Positions 1-11,990 of a DNA stretch of 64,000 bases are shown piece after piece. The notes beneath the pieces were generated by a model, which was given only the letters and a program-made list of their open reading frames with translations, was not told the origin of the DNA and ran no database searches. This stretch comes from Macrostomum hystrix (taxonomy: Eukaryota; Animalia; Platyhelminthes). A program made the position numbers and the translations under genes. The stretch lies in assembly GCA_950097015.1 (NCBI GenBank), contig CATNEN010000025.1:9610001-9674000 (forward strand), given 5' to 3'. How positions within the stretch are numbered: the first letter of the stretch is position 1; each line of letters opens with the position of its first letter.

Positions 1-650
1 CGGGAATCTGCAGGGAAAGTAGCAGTTTTGACTCGGGAATCTGCGGGGAAAGTGGCAGTTTTGACTCGGGAATCTGCAGGGAGGGAAAGTGGCAGTTTTG
101 ACTCGGGAATCTGCAGGGAAAGTGGCAGTTTTGACTCGGGAATCTGCAGGAAGGGAAAGTGGCAGTTTTGACTCGGGAATCTGCAGGGAGGGAAAGTGGC
201 AGTTTTGACTCGGGAATCTGCAGGGAGGGAAAGTGGCAGTTTTGACTCGGGAATCTGCGGGGAAAGTGGCAGTTTTGACTCGGGAATCTGCAGGGAAAGT
301 AGCAGTTTTGACTCGGGAATCTGCGGGGAAAGTGGCAGTTTTGACTCGGGAATCTGCAGGAAGGGAAAGTGGCAGTTTTGACTCGGGAATCTGCGGGGAA
401 AGTGCCAATTTTGACTCGGGAATCTGCAGGGAGGGAAAGTGGCAGTTTTGACTCGGGAATCTGCAGGGAAAGTAGCAGTTTTGACTCGGGAATCTGCGGG
501 GAAAGTGGCAGTTTTGACTCGGGAATCTGCAGGGAGGGAAAGTGGCAGTTTTGACTCGGGAATCTGCGGGGAAAGTGGCAGTTTTGATTTGGGAATCTGC
601 AGGGAAAGTGGCAGTTTTGATTTGGGAATCTGCGGGGAAAGTGGCAGTTC
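1..650. repeat. Minisatellite, 33/37-bp unit (GGGAAAGTGGCAGTTTTGACTCGGGAATCTGCA), intronic
   Basis: CGGGAAT recurs at 1 and 34; a variant unit carries 4 extra nt. The overlapping + ORFs are repeat translations (GKVAVLTRESA). Confidence 0.97.
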
Positions 651-677
651 TGGTGTTGCCAAGAGATTAACACGCAC

Positions 678-1151
678 CACTACTGCCGCTTTCGCCCAGA
701 TTTACAGACGCCGCCGCGGCTGCCGCTTCGGTCGCTCCGCCGGAAGATCCGGCAGCGGCGTTCTTCGCCGTACTGGACGGCAGCAGGGGAACGCCGGACA
801 ACTCGGCAATGCGGCTTTGCAATTTGAGCACCTCGCAGTCTGGCAGGGACTGCCGTTCCGCACTGAACAACTCGGAACTGAGGCTCAGATAGTTGTTCAA
901 CGCCTGAAATGTGACTCGCTGCAGTCTAATAGTGATCACCTGCACTATGCGCACCATGGTCTGCTGGTACTGCTGTTGGGCGAACAGGTTCACCAGACGG
1001 CGGGAGGGAATGCGCAACACCTTGGCATCGGTCACCGCCTCGGCAGACAGAGTGCGATACGGCCTCGGATGGCCAGTGAGCACGTCTAGGAAACTCAGCA
1101 GCGAGTAGATTGGCTGGTCCTGCCCGAACTCGTGGAATCTATGCTGAACAC
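678..1151 (-). CDS. PNPLA6: PNPLA6/7 (neuropathy target esterase / swiss cheese) exon 3, end of first cNMP-binding domain; gene continues off the left edge
   Basis: YSLLSFLDVLTGHPRPYRTLSAEA...MVRIVQVITIRLQRVTFQALNNYLSLSSELFS matches the NTE motif [24 protein letters not shown]...[31 protein letters not shown]. Acceptor CCCCAG|GT at 1152/1151, phase 1, fits exon 2. The 3' boundary (GTGCGT donor at 677) is tentative. Confidence 0.88.
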
Positions 1152-1204
1152 CTGGGGATTAGCCATTGAGGTGGCGGCGAATGGTTTGGGAGCAGGAACA
1201 TAAG

Positions 1205-1517
1205 TCGGGAAGTGGATAGGAAGTAGGGAAGTGGATGGGAAGTAGAAAAGTGGATAGGAAGTAGGGAAGTGGATGGGAAGTAGGGAGGAGAATGGGAAGT
1301 AGGGAGGAGAATGGGAAGTAGGGAGGAGGATGGGAAGTAGGGAGATGGGAAGTAGGGAGGAGGATGGGAAGTAGGGAAGAGGATGGGAAGTAGGGAAGAG
1401 GATGGGAAGTAGGGAGGAGGATGGGAAGTAGGGAGGAGGATGGGAAGTAGGGAGGAGGATGGGAAGTAGGGAGGAGATGGGAAGTAGGGAAGAGGATGGG
1501 AAGTAGGGAGGAGGATG
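1205..1517. repeat. Purine-rich 19-bp minisatellite (GGGAAGTAGGGAGGAGGAT) in PNPLA6/7 intron 2
   Basis: ATGGG recurs every 19 nt. Confidence 0.95.
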
Positions 1518-1831
1518 GTGTTATGTAGTGACTTGCAGCCAGCGCGTATACGCTGAGTACACCGCGCTGGCAGCTGTCTGTTAACTGGCTGAATATCATT
1601 TCATTGTGCGGTGCAGCCATGTGCAGCCAGCGCGCGTACGCTGAGTACACCGCGCTGGCAGCCGTTTGGTTAACTGGCTGACTTTCAAATCATTGTTCGC
1701 TCTATTTTATCACCCCCTAATCCTTACACCCAACGTGCCGTCGCATAAAATATATATCGCTGTTCTCAGGAGCGTGGAGCTCTGACTGTTTACGTTTCGT
1801 TCTAAATACCACCAGTCTAGAGTTATTTCAG

Positions 1832-2118
1832 ATGGGAAGTAGGGAGGAGGATGGGAAGTAGGGAGGAGGATGGGAAGTAGGGAGGAGGATGGAAAGTAGG
1901 GAGGAGGATGGGAAGTAGGGAGGAGGATGGGAAGTAGGGAGGAGGATGGGAAGTAGGGAGGAGGATGTGAAGTAGGGAGGAGGAAGGGAGTATGGAAGAG
2001 GTTGGGAAGTAGGGAGGAGGTTGGGAAGTAGGGAGGAGGTTGGGAAGTAGGGAGGAGGATGTGAAGTAGGGAGGAGGAAGGGAGTATGGAAGAGGTTGGG
2101 AAGTAGGGAGGAGGTTGG
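1832..2118. repeat. Second array of the same 19-bp purine-rich minisatellite
   Basis: Same unit as 1205-1517, with diverged variants. Confidence 0.95.
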
Positions 2119-2139
2119 GAATAATATTAATAATATTTG

Positions 2140-2385
2140 TAGGAGGTCCGTGGGCACTGACATAACATTTGGCGACACTAAAAGTGCAGCCAGCGAGGAC
2201 GCAATTCTGCACATTTCGCTGACTCCTGAGCACGCACGCACACAGGTGTGTACATTTGCCCTAACTTTCACTATCGTCAGGCTACACTTTCACTGCGCTT
2301 TGGAGGTTGGCCCTCAAGGGCATAAATTGCACGACAAGCCCCCAACCCTTCTCTCCGCGGCTGCGGAGAGTACGTTGCTAGGCGT
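2140..2385 (-). mobile_element. SINE family A copy (5'-truncated), intronic
   Basis: Shares GCTGACTCCTGAGCACGC...GGAGGTTGGCCCTCAAGGG...AAATTGCACGACAAGCC with the copies at about 4.5, 11.7 and 22.8 kb. Confidence 0.75.
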
Positions 2386-2459
2386 GGCTAACAAAGGGGA
2401 AAGATTCCCCCCTAGTGGGAGGAGAGAGCGGTAGAGCAAACAGCCAAGCCAGTCCTCAC

Positions 2460-2766
2460 CATCCTCGGTCATGTAGAGCTGGATGCGGCCGGACTGCACA
2501 ATGAACATGTCGCCGTCTGTATCGCCAATTTTAAACAGCGCATCGCCAGCCCGCAATTCGATAATCTCCAGGCATTTGCACAGCTCCATGATGAATGAGC
2601 GCTCAAGGCTACCGAATATGCGCACAGACTTGATGGCCAGGTAGAACTCATTCAGTATAGTCGGCTCGTCCGTGTCGCGATCTTCGGGTTCCAGGAAGTA
2701 GTCCGGGATGGCCGAGATGCGAGCCCGGGCCAATGGGACCCGGCCGACAGTGCCACGGGGACCCAC
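2460..2766 (-). CDS. PNPLA6: PNPLA6/7 exon 2 (start of cNMP-binding domain)
   Basis: EFYLAIKSVRIFGSLERSFIMELCKCLEIIELRAGDALFKIGDTDGDMFIVQSGRIQL matches NTE [24 protein letters not shown]...VQDGLLEL. Acceptor CGCCAG|GTG (phase 0); donor G|GTGAGG (phase 1). Confidence 0.9.
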
Positions 2767-2820
2767 CTGGCGTGCGGCGCAAGATTTTAGCTTACAATCG
2801 ACAGAAAACATTCTGTCGAC

Positions 2821-3873
2821 ACCCTCCTCTCTACCCGGATCAAGAGTCTACCAGCACCCTCCTCTCTACCCGGATCAAGAGTCTACCAGCACCCTCCTCT
2901 CTACCCGGATCAAGAGTCTACCAGCACCCTCCTCTCTACCCGGATCAAGAGTCTACCAGCACCCTCCTCTCTACCCGGATCAAGAGTCTACCAGCACCCT
3001 CCTCTCTACCTGGATCAAGAGTCTACCAGCACCCTCCTCTCTACCTGGATCAAGAGTCTACCAGCACCCTCCTCTCTACCTGGATCAAGAGTCTACCAGC
3101 ACCCTCCTCTCTACCTGGATCAAGAGTCTACCAGCACCCTCCTCTCTACCCGGATCAAGAGTCTACCAGCACCCTCCTCTCTACCCGGATCAAGAGTCTA
3201 CCAGCACCCTCCTCTCTACCCGGATCAAGAGTCTACCAGCACCCTCCTCTCTACCCGGATCAAGAGTCTACCAGCACCCTCCTCTCTACCCGGATCAAGA
3301 GTCTACCAGCACCCTCCTCTCTACCCGGATCAAGAGTCTACCAGCACCCTCCTCTCTACCCGGATCAAGAGTCTACCAGCACCCTCCTCTCTACCCGGAT
3401 CAAGAGTCTACCAGCACCCTCCTCTCTACCCGGATCAAGAGTCTACCAGCATCCTCCTCTCTACCCGGATCAAGAGTCTACCAGCACACTCCTCTCTACC
3501 CGGATCAAGAGTCTACCAGCACCCTCCTCTCTACCCGGATCAAGAGTCTACCAACACCCTCCTCTCTACCTGGATCAAGAGTCTACCAGCACCCTCCTCT
3601 CTACCCGGATCAAGAGTCTACCAACACCCTCCTCTCTACCTGGATCAAGAGTCTACCAACACCCTCCTCTCTACCTGGATCAAGAGTCTACCAGCACCCT
3701 CCTCTCTACCTGGATCAAGAGTCTACCAGCACCCTCCTCTCTACCTAGATCAAGAGTCTACCAGCACCCTCCTCTCTACCTGGATCAAGAGTCTACCAGC
3801 ACCCTCCTCTCTACCTAGATCAAGAGTCTACCAGCACCCTCCTCTCTACCTGGATCAAGAGTCTACCAGCACC
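2821..3873. repeat. 35-bp minisatellite (ACCCTCCTCTCTACCCGGATCAAGAGTCTACCAGC), about 30 copies, filling PNPLA6/7 intron 1
   Basis: Period 35 (2821 to 2856); units near identical. Confidence 0.98.
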
Positions 3874-3916
3874 CTTCTGTAAAACAGGTGATGTGACACC
3901 TGAGAATCAGACGTAC

Positions 3917-4246
3917 CTGCCGCAGGTAGCGCAGTATGTTTGACACGGCTGCAGCAGGTTTCTGTCGCCTGGCCTCCAGCAGCAAGTCAGGAAGGGGAGC
4001 GCGGCGCAGAACCCGCCGCACCCAGTAGCGTATGCGATCTCTCTTACGAAAGTGAGGCCTAGAATCGTTGAATAGAGGCACCCGCGGCAGTTTGGGCATC
4101 TCAATTCGAATAGATTTAGACCAGTACAAACGTTTATAAGCATAGTAGGCTAGCAGGACAATAAGCAGGCATACTAGGCCAGTTAACACTAAAATATCGT
4201 GCTCCTCGTCCAGCATTGGAACTAGGCGAAACGGGAACGGCCCCAT
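3917..4246 (-). CDS. PNPLA6: PNPLA6/7 exon 1 (N-terminal transmembrane anchor)
   Basis: Hydrophobic ILVLTGLVCLLIVLLAYYAY, then RPHFRKRDRIRYWVRRVLRR (NTE [20 protein letters not shown]). Donor CAG|GTACGT, phase 0; ATG at 4246. Confidence 0.85.
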
Positions 4247-4489
4247 TTTATGCCGCACTATCAGAGATCAGGCAGGCAGACAGCTGGCTTATTAGTTGAT
4301 CACGCGAAGACCATTGAAAATCTATTACAAAGAGCTACTTCGATAACGGCTGAAATGGCAAGTAGTCTTTTTAGCGAATAAAGAACAGATTTTTCAATCA
4401 GAATTCCTTAGACGACTAGTAAAAATTTTATAGTGCTGAGCCTCATTTTGAAAATGGCAAAATCCACCTTGCTGCTAGCGATTAGGCAA

Positions 4490-4720
4490 TTTAGCGCATT
4501 CTGCTGACCGCTGAGCATACGTACTGAAGACACACGTGAGCGTGTACATCTGCCCTGACTTTCTCATCTTCAGGCAGTGTACACTCACTGTGCCTTGGCG
4601 GTTGGCCCATAAGTGTGTAAATTCGCACCACGACAAACCTCCAAGCCTTCTCTCGCCTCAACCCAAATTAATGTGTTTGGCTTTGCCGCGGATTCGAGCT
4701 CAGGACCTTGGTGCTAGATT
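4490..4720 (-). mobile_element. SINE family A copy with tRNA-like B-box
   Basis: Minus-strand GTCCTGAGCTCGAATCC; body similar to the other three copies. Confidence 0.7.
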
Positions 4721-5224
4721 CTGATACGTTACCGGTTCATCAATCTACCCCAAAAAGTTCACTTAACTTAAACTATAAAAATAGCTTTAGGAAAAAACTT
4801 AACGCAAGCCTAACTAATTCGAAAAAGTATAGGTAGCAGACCAATTTTATTCTTAAGTTTTGTAATCATTTTATACCAAATCCGTTTGAGAACACGGAGA
4901 TTGGAAAAAAACAGAAAACAAATATGCAAAGGATACAAAATACAGTAAACATAGTGCAGAGAAAAAAATGATATTTTTGCCTTGAATGCGTGAATTGTTG
5001 TTTGGGATAAACAACAAGACAAGCTTGAATGGGTGACAAACTATGTCCAGCAACGAAAACATAAAAAATACAAGTATTATAGGGTTTTATATTTTTATAA
5101 CATGTTTTTTCACCCGCAAATGTTCTTCATTTTATTTACCCGCTGTTTTAGTAATTACATTAAATAAAACTCGTATTTGCCTTAGATCTTCAGATCTGAG
5201 ATCACGTACATTAACGATCGTCAG

Positions 5225-5405
5225 AGAGTGTGTACATCGGGTATGAGTTGGGAAGTGGGGTTGGTCAGTGTGTACATCGGGTATGAGTTGGGAGGTGGGG
5301 TTGGTCAGTGTGTGTATATCGGGTATGGGTTGGAAGGTTGGGTTGGTCAGAGCATGTACACCGGGATGAGTTGGGAGGTGGGGTTGGTCAGTGTGTACAT
5401 GTGGG
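5225..5405. repeat. 40-bp minisatellite, about 4.5 copies
   Basis: TGTACATCGG at 5231 and 5271. Confidence 0.9.
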
Positions 5406-6947
5406 ATGAGTTTAGTCAATGCGAGAGCTATTTAAAGGTTGTTAGAAGGTTAGCTGATCTGCTCTTTATTAGTGCAATAATCATTTAGCTAGCCTAACAA
5501 ACCATCTTATTTGTCCTTAGAAAAGAACAAAGGCTTTTGGAAAGTGCCTAAAAACGATAAACAGAAAAATGTTTTCGAGTTGAACGAAAAAAATTGAGTC
5601 TCTTAAGATGTAACTAAGTTGTAACAAAACAGGCAAAATATTGAAAGATGATGCAGAACTGACGGCAGTATCTGAACTCCGGTGACAACTAGAATAAACA
5701 AGAGTGAAAAAAGTTGCAACAAAAAAAACGTTCAACGAAAATATGATAAGACAAGAAAGACGCCAGCTACGATTACACACACGGGAGAGAAGGCAGGTGC
5801 GATTCTATCAACGACAGCACGAGCTTTGCATACGAAGAACATATTTCAATAGGACACAGTAAAGTAGATTTTCATGAAACCAAAGCAGCGATGATAAGCC
5901 AGTGAATTAAGTTGCCATCCGGTTACTAGCATGCTTTCAGCAGCTTTCTAATATATAGCAGTTAAATATTAGCTCCAATATGAAGGGCTTCCAATACGCC
6001 CTTCAATATCCAACTGGCTTCCAATTTGAAGGGAATTTAAAGACAAATATCATAATTAAAAGGGCGAGCATTCAAATAATAAACTAATGAATACTAAAGT
6101 GGGGCATTAGAAAATACATTTCCGAGACAAAATAATCATGCGTGCTCAGAAAGAATAAGATCCTATGACACAACGTTGAGAACAATTAGTTAGATGCAGA
6201 ACATAGCATTTGTAGATCTGAGACGGGCATGACAGCGTCGAATGGCGTAATTTTAGTGTATAGTTACTATCGTTATTCGCAGGTTCAATCTAGGCCAGTC
6301 ATTCTCTGTTTCGTCTTTAGTTAAATAATCAAAACAAAGAACAACAGAAACAAACACACAAATTTGCTGCAAGAGGCGCTAGGAGACATTAAAGTTGCAA
6401 CCGCCAATCACATAGGAAAATACCAGTTAATCAAACATGTATTGATCTACTTATTCAACGTGAACACAAAAAACGACCTATTATTTTGTCACAATATAAC
6501 AGATATGATAGCAATACGGGAAATTAGGCTGAACATTGTTGTTTTCATATTGAATTGATTGCTCGATTCGCAAACTGTGGCACAATGTGACTTTGAAAAA
6601 TAGGTAAATAAACGTTAAAGTATGTTAGGATTGCTTTTATTAGGAACTAATCAATGTTAATTTAACAACTAGGTTAACTGGTAAAGGATGTCAAAAAAAA
6701 CTACGTAAAGTTAATTCGACAATTGCCGTAATAAAATATAAAAAACTGAAGCACTGCAATTTTGCTAAATATATAATATAACAGAGAATGTATAACAATC
6801 TGCTAGCTTTTATAACACTGCTATCTGTATCGAAAATCCCAGTAAGAAGCCTCAGATAGGCGCGTTTCCATGCCAACCAAGCAACAATCATTTTGAGAAG
6901 ATAAATAATGTGATTTGAAAATTAGTGAAATTTCACAACACAGAAGT

Positions 6948-9713
6948 CTAATCGGTTTCCATAGCCTCCTGGGCTGCATTCACCTGGCCATTTTCCTCGT
7001 CGTCTGTCTGATTGCGCTCGTCGATTTCAGCGCCCGTAGCTCCGTCAGTTGAGGCGGCGGCTGAGCTAGACGATGGCATCAGATCGCGCCGGACGTAGAT
7101 CAGTACGTAGGCTGCCTTGGTGACCACCTGGGATTCGCTGCTCTCCCGCACGCTGCTATCGTCGAAATAGTGCCACTCGCCTGTGCGATAGTTCCTGCCG
7201 TAGGCGGTGTAATGACCGCCGCCCAGACCGCCGTAGTGATTGGCCACGGACACCAGATCGTAGGTGGCGCAGTCCTGGCCCTGTGGATTCAACATCCAGT
7301 TAGCCATGTCCAGGCCGCGAGTCGGGAACTCGATCAGGTCGTCAATCTTGTTTCTATAATAGCGATCGTAGTGAAATCGTTTTAGATGAATCACTAGAAC
7401 TTTCGGCATGCACCAGAGATCGAATTTCTTGGATGCGCATTGGAATTTCTTGCACTTTGGACAATGCCAGGCATCCTTCTTATCCAGCTTCTCCTCCTCT
7501 GTGAACAACTTTAAGCAGTCCTCCAGGTGATGAGTGCGCTTCTGTATCAGCATGGTGGCGCTGGCGTCCCGCTCAAAGTGCACCGCGTTCTGCTCGTTGC
7601 AAAAATAATACTTCGCCTTCGGATGAAAGCGGGCCATCAGGTAGAGATCTGAGGACAAGGTGAGCGGATCGTTCTCCGTGGCGCCGGCATTCATGAGGTC
7701 GTTCTCAGTGCTCAGGTTGGCGTTGGACTTGCGCAGAACAAACAGCGGCGGCGGCACTGGCGAGGAATCCTCCTCTTCGCCGCTATCGCAGATGCCCTCG
7801 TCGTCCTTAGTTGAAGAGTGCTCCTTCCACCAGGTGGCACTCTTCGGATCCGGCGAGTTCAGCGTCAGCAGTCGGCAGGCCCGCTCAGTGACGATGCGGA
7901 ACAGCTCGGTGTAGGTGACGCCTGTCAGGGGAATGGAGAACACCATTGGCAGGCCGAAGGTGTGCGAGTACTTGGCCGTGGTGCAGAAGTACACCTTCAC
8001 TGTGGCGTGCTGGGCGCTCTCAGCCGGCGCTTCCAGTTCGTACACGTAAATGTAGTCGCGTTCGTTGGATATGCTGGTGTAATTGTCCTCGGGTGAGTAG
8101 ACCTTGTGAAATTTATTATTGTAAACATCGGCAACCAGCAGGTGATCCGGGCGAAGGTTAAATTGTTGACCAATAACCCGGCAGACGTCGGAAATCTGGC
8201 CCTCGATTGGCACCTGCACCTTGCACTTTAGCGGTGGCTTTGATGGATCTTTGCTGACTAAGAAGAATGCTAAGATGCGGTTGCGCTCCTTGGGCACCGG
8301 TACGCTTAAGTAACAGAATGGGTCAAAGGTGACGCTGACCTTGCTACAATCGGAATCCGGGCACACTAGTGTGGACTTCAGCTGGCCGTGGAACAAGTCC
8401 ACAATGACGGAATCGTTGCGCAACTTGTAGTCATTCCAAGCCTCACTGGCAACCACGTGATCGCTGCGACCATCGGCGTCTTTCACTTCAACGTAGGGCT
8501 TCTTTTTGATCCGATTCAAGTCTTCGTGTAAGCCGTCTAGTAGAAAAGCCATCAGCTCTTGGCAGTCCTGCTGTTGAAAGCCGGAGAACTGCGGCGCGAA
8601 TTGGCCAACGGCGTATTTGAAACTGCGCGGCGACACGTGCCAGTTCTGGCCGGACCACATATCGCGAATTAGTTCCCCGTATCGCTTAGCAATCTCACCA
8701 TGCATGCCAAGCGGATTGTCCGGATTCAGCTCCTGCTTCCATTTGTCTGACAGAAAGTAATCAGTCAATAGGTGAACATTGCTCAGTGCCTGGAGGGCGG
8801 AGTTCATAAAGCATGTGTTACCAAGGTTAGAGAGGCCGCACAAGCCAGGAGTGGCGCTGCGCCGCTGCTCGTATTGACTGCTGCCGCTGCTTCCAGCCTG
8901 AGAACCAGAGTAGCCGGCGTTGGCGAACGAGGAAGTGCTAAATCGGCCGCCAGTGCCTTGCAAATAGCTAGCACTGCTGGTGTGCGGCGACCTGGAGAAA
9001 CTCTTGGATTCGCCACGCTGCCATTGCCCATCGGCGCCTTTTACCTCTAGCAGCAGGTACTGGTTATTGTACACCTGATTCTCTAGGGTCTGATCCTTGT
9101 CAGTGAGTAGGTCGTAGCTTGTGCCGCTCAGAGACACCCACAGTCGGGTTTCGCGATCTTCCGGCACCTTAAACAGCGACTTCATGGTGGCCTCTACATC
9201 GCTGAAAAGACAGGCGCGGGAGAACTTCTGGCAGATGGTCTTGTCCGGACTAGCCAGCTCTGCCAGCTTCAAGTCCAGCAGGTAGACTTCAATTTCCAAG
9301 GTGCGGGTGAACTTGCCCTTTTCTATCACTTTGCGAAAGATTGGCTCTGGCTGTTTGGTCTTGTAATAGTTGGCCAGCAGCTCCCAGGCATCCTTGCGCA
9401 TAAATAAGTAGTCAATTTCAGCAAGTCTGCCCTCCTTTAATCTGCCATCAGGCTCAAGGATGTCGGCATTGTCAATGGGTCCAGGATGATAGTTCTCATC
9501 ACCCAGTTTGCTTACATAGAATGATTCGCCGCCAACATACTCCTTCCAGAGCTTCACCCAGCGTGAGGAAACAACAGCCCAGGTGTCTCCTTTGACTAAA
9601 GCAGTGAGATTTAACTGCTTCACCTTCTCAAATTGTTCTTTTAACTCAGTCTTGAGCGCTTCACTTTTTGGCTGCACAACAGGAAGCTCACGTTCAACTT
9701 TAGACTGGCTCAT
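6948..9713 (-). CDS. USP15: Ubiquitin carboxyl-terminal hydrolase of the USP4/USP11/USP15 family (DUSP-UBL-USP), single exon, about 921 aa
   Basis: DUSP motif HPGPIDNADIL; Cys box GLSNLGNTCFMNSALQAL; QQDCQELMAFLLDGLHEDLNR; His box NHYGGLGGGHYTAY; HYFDDSSV. Likely start MSQSK at 9713. The symbol denotes the family; USP4 vs USP15 cannot be resolved by eye. Confidence 0.93.
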   Translation of the reverse strand: MSQSKVERELPVVQPKSEALKTELKEQFEKVKQLNLTALVKGDTWAVVSSRWVKLWKEYVGGESFYVSKLGDENYHPGPIDNADILEPDGRLKEGRLAEIDYLFMRKDAWELLANYYKTKQPEPIFRKVIEKGKFTRTLEIEVYLLDLKLAELASPDKTICQKFSRACLFSDVEATMKSLFKVPEDRETRLWVSLSGTSYDLLTDKDQTLENQVYNNQYLLLEVKGADGQWQRGESKSFSRSPHTSSASYLQGTGGRFSTSSFANAGYSGSQAGSSGSSQYEQRRSATPGLCGLSNLGNTCFMNSALQALSNVHLLTDYFLSDKWKQELNPDNPLGMHGEIAKRYGELIRDMWSGQNWHVSPRSFKYAVGQFAPQFSGFQQQDCQELMAFLLDGLHEDLNRIKKKPYVEVKDADGRSDHVVASEAWNDYKLRNDSVIVDLFHGQLKSTLVCPDSDCSKVSVTFDPFCYLSVPVPKERNRILAFFLVSKDPSKPPLKCKVQVPIEGQISDVCRVIGQQFNLRPDHLLVADVYNNKFHKVYSPEDNYTSISNERDYIYVYELEAPAESAQHATVKVYFCTTAKYSHTFGLPMVFSIPLTGVTYTELFRIVTERACRLLTLNSPDPKSATWWKEHSSTKDDEGICDSGEEEDSSPVPPPLFVLRKSNANLSTENDLMNAGATENDPLTLSSDLYLMARFHPKAKYYFCNEQNAVHFERDASATMLIQKRTHHLEDCLKLFTEEEKLDKKDAWHCPKCKKFQCASKKFDLWCMPKVLVIHLKRFHYDRYYRNKIDDLIEFPTRGLDMANWMLNPQGQDCATYDLVSVANHYGGLGGGHYTAYGRNYRTGEWHYFDDSSVRESSESQVVTKAAYVLIYVRRDLMPSSSSAAASTDGATGAEIDERNQTDDEENGQVNAAQEAMETD

Positions 9714-11659
9714 GTTGATCACAGTGGAGTCTGAAGTATGGAAGTATAAAAACATCAGGTGGAAACAAATTTTGTCTATTCAACAAAACTGCTACTCTGG
9801 TTTGTTACTGCTACTCTTAAAAAACTTAAATAAAAGGTTTTTGCAAAAGAATGCAATGCCCAAAATTATTTACCAAATGTGACATAGTAGTATATAGATA
9901 AGTCCAATAATTAGAATTAGTAAGCCATATGACATCCATTTATACATATATTTACACTTAAATTAAGGGTAGCTAAAATAATAATTATGCTGTAGGTTCA
10001 AAGCTTTATATTAATTATAAAGATTGTTAAGTCATAGAAATGACTTAATAGCAGAACTACCAAACTGGGGATTCCTTCCCCCTCCCCTTGACAATTTTTG
10101 TGCTGCACCTGAATGGAACAATGCAACTATGCAAGCACACAGAACTCAAGAACATAGGCCTTGTGTAGGCTTTTGTTGTGATTATTCTTTAACAGAAATC
10201 AAGTTGCCAGCTCTTCAGAACATCCCAATGTTCAATGTTTCTGGCTGAAGGTCTGATTTTTCTCATAAGCACTAGTGTATTTCATAGGGTGCCAGTGGTG
10301 ACAGGTTAATTCTGCGACAACCAATTTGGCAACAAGTCAGTTCAGCAACAACGAATTTGGCGACAAGTATAGTTATTAAACTGAACAAAAAAGCCCTTTC
10401 AAAGACTCTGTCTGCTTGCTAAGATAAAAATTAATAAAATAAAACAAATTGGTGGGTTTATTCCCATTTTTGCTAACTTTGTGTGGAAGTGTGTGTGTGT
10501 GGAATGAACACAAAAAATCACACATCATTTGGGAATTATTTGACTGGCTACATGTACATGGTTGACTAATTTATGATGCATTTACTACGCTTTTACTAAT
10601 TTTGGATAGTAGAATGATTTGTATTAGCGAATCATTTCTTTGAGTGTCTACTATAAGTAGAGTATATTGGAATGAAGGTAATTTTTATTCTCCATTTGAT
10701 AATAAGGCTAGCAATAGTGTACTGACTGTGATTGTGAAGGGTGTGAAGGGTGCACAACAGTACAGTGAATTGTGCATTGAGATCTTTGAATCTATTGCTG
10801 TACAATGATCATGTCCAGATTTGAAAAAGATAATTCTAAAAGTCAATAAGATTGTGGCGCTAGATACTTGGCTGTCTGAATAGTCAAGACATCAAGTGTC
10901 AAGCAATGCAAGAGAATAAAGGCCAATATTGGAGAGTAATTTTAGGCAAATAAAAATTTTATTCTACTCAAACAAGAAGGAATAAATGTCCAAAGAACTA
11001 GTCACTAATACAAGTCATGTCAAATTAAACTCTCACTCAAAATAATTTCTTGCAGAACTCTATTCACTGTTGCCGAATTGACTGTAGTTGAATTGGTTGT
11101 AGCCAAATTGGACTGTTGCCAAATTAACTGGAAGCAATTTCATACACCCTATACACAAATTAGCATTGTACCTCATTGCAGCCTTGATAGGCCTTTAAAA
11201 TTTATCAGAATGACACATAATTTAGCCTGTATTATCTGTCTTTGGTGGTCATCTACCTTTATGAAGACAGATTTGCTAGACCTACAAGAGCTCCAACAGG
11301 TGGAATTAGGCCACTATGGACACACTCACAAATTTCTCTGATTTCACTGATCAAGCCTAAATATAAGGTACAGCTCAACCACAGCACACAATTGCCTAGT
11401 CTGTCAACCAATCAGTCACCACCTAACACTTAGACTGAAAAAAGCATTAGCATTAGCATTAGACTGACAAATTTTCTCTCTTGGTATAAAAATGGGCAGC
11501 AAAATGGCTTGGTAGTCCTACTGTTAAAACAATACCTAGAAAATTCTTTTATTAAAGAACAGTTAACAGTATGCAATGCAATAGTTGCTAGACTTGTTCC
11601 CATTGTTTGTATCTCTTTACAGATCCCCAAAACTGTTAAAGCTCTTAAAGCAATAGATA

Positions 11660-11990
11660 TGGGGGTCAGTGGTAGTGAGGTTATCCTGTTTGCCTTTTGC
11701 ACCACAGTCCCTAAGTTCAATACCATGGCAAGACCACATTTATTTGGGGTGCAGCCGCAGAGAGAAGGCTTGAGGGCTTGTTGTACAATTTATGCCCTTA
11801 AGGGCCAACCTCCAAGGCACAGTAAAATGTACACTGCCTAACAATGAGAAATTCAGGGCAGATATACACACCTGTGTGAGCATATGCCTGTATATAGTAT
11901 TTGTGTGTGTGTGTGCTCAGGAGTCAACAAAATTGGCAGAATTGCCTCCTTGCTGACTGTGGGTCTAGTGTCAGTAAATTTTGTGCCACT
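11660..11990 (+). mobile_element. SINE family A, near full-length copy with tRNA-derived head
   Basis: A-box-like TGGTAGTGAGG and B-box-like GTCCCTAAGTTCAATACC, followed by a body that is the reverse complement of the 2.2, 4.5 and 22.8 kb copies. Confidence 0.7.

Noticed and set aside
2708-3818. 346-aa and 361-aa plus-strand ORFs
   Set aside because: They are translations of the 35-bp minisatellite, antisense within a PNPLA6/7 intron.
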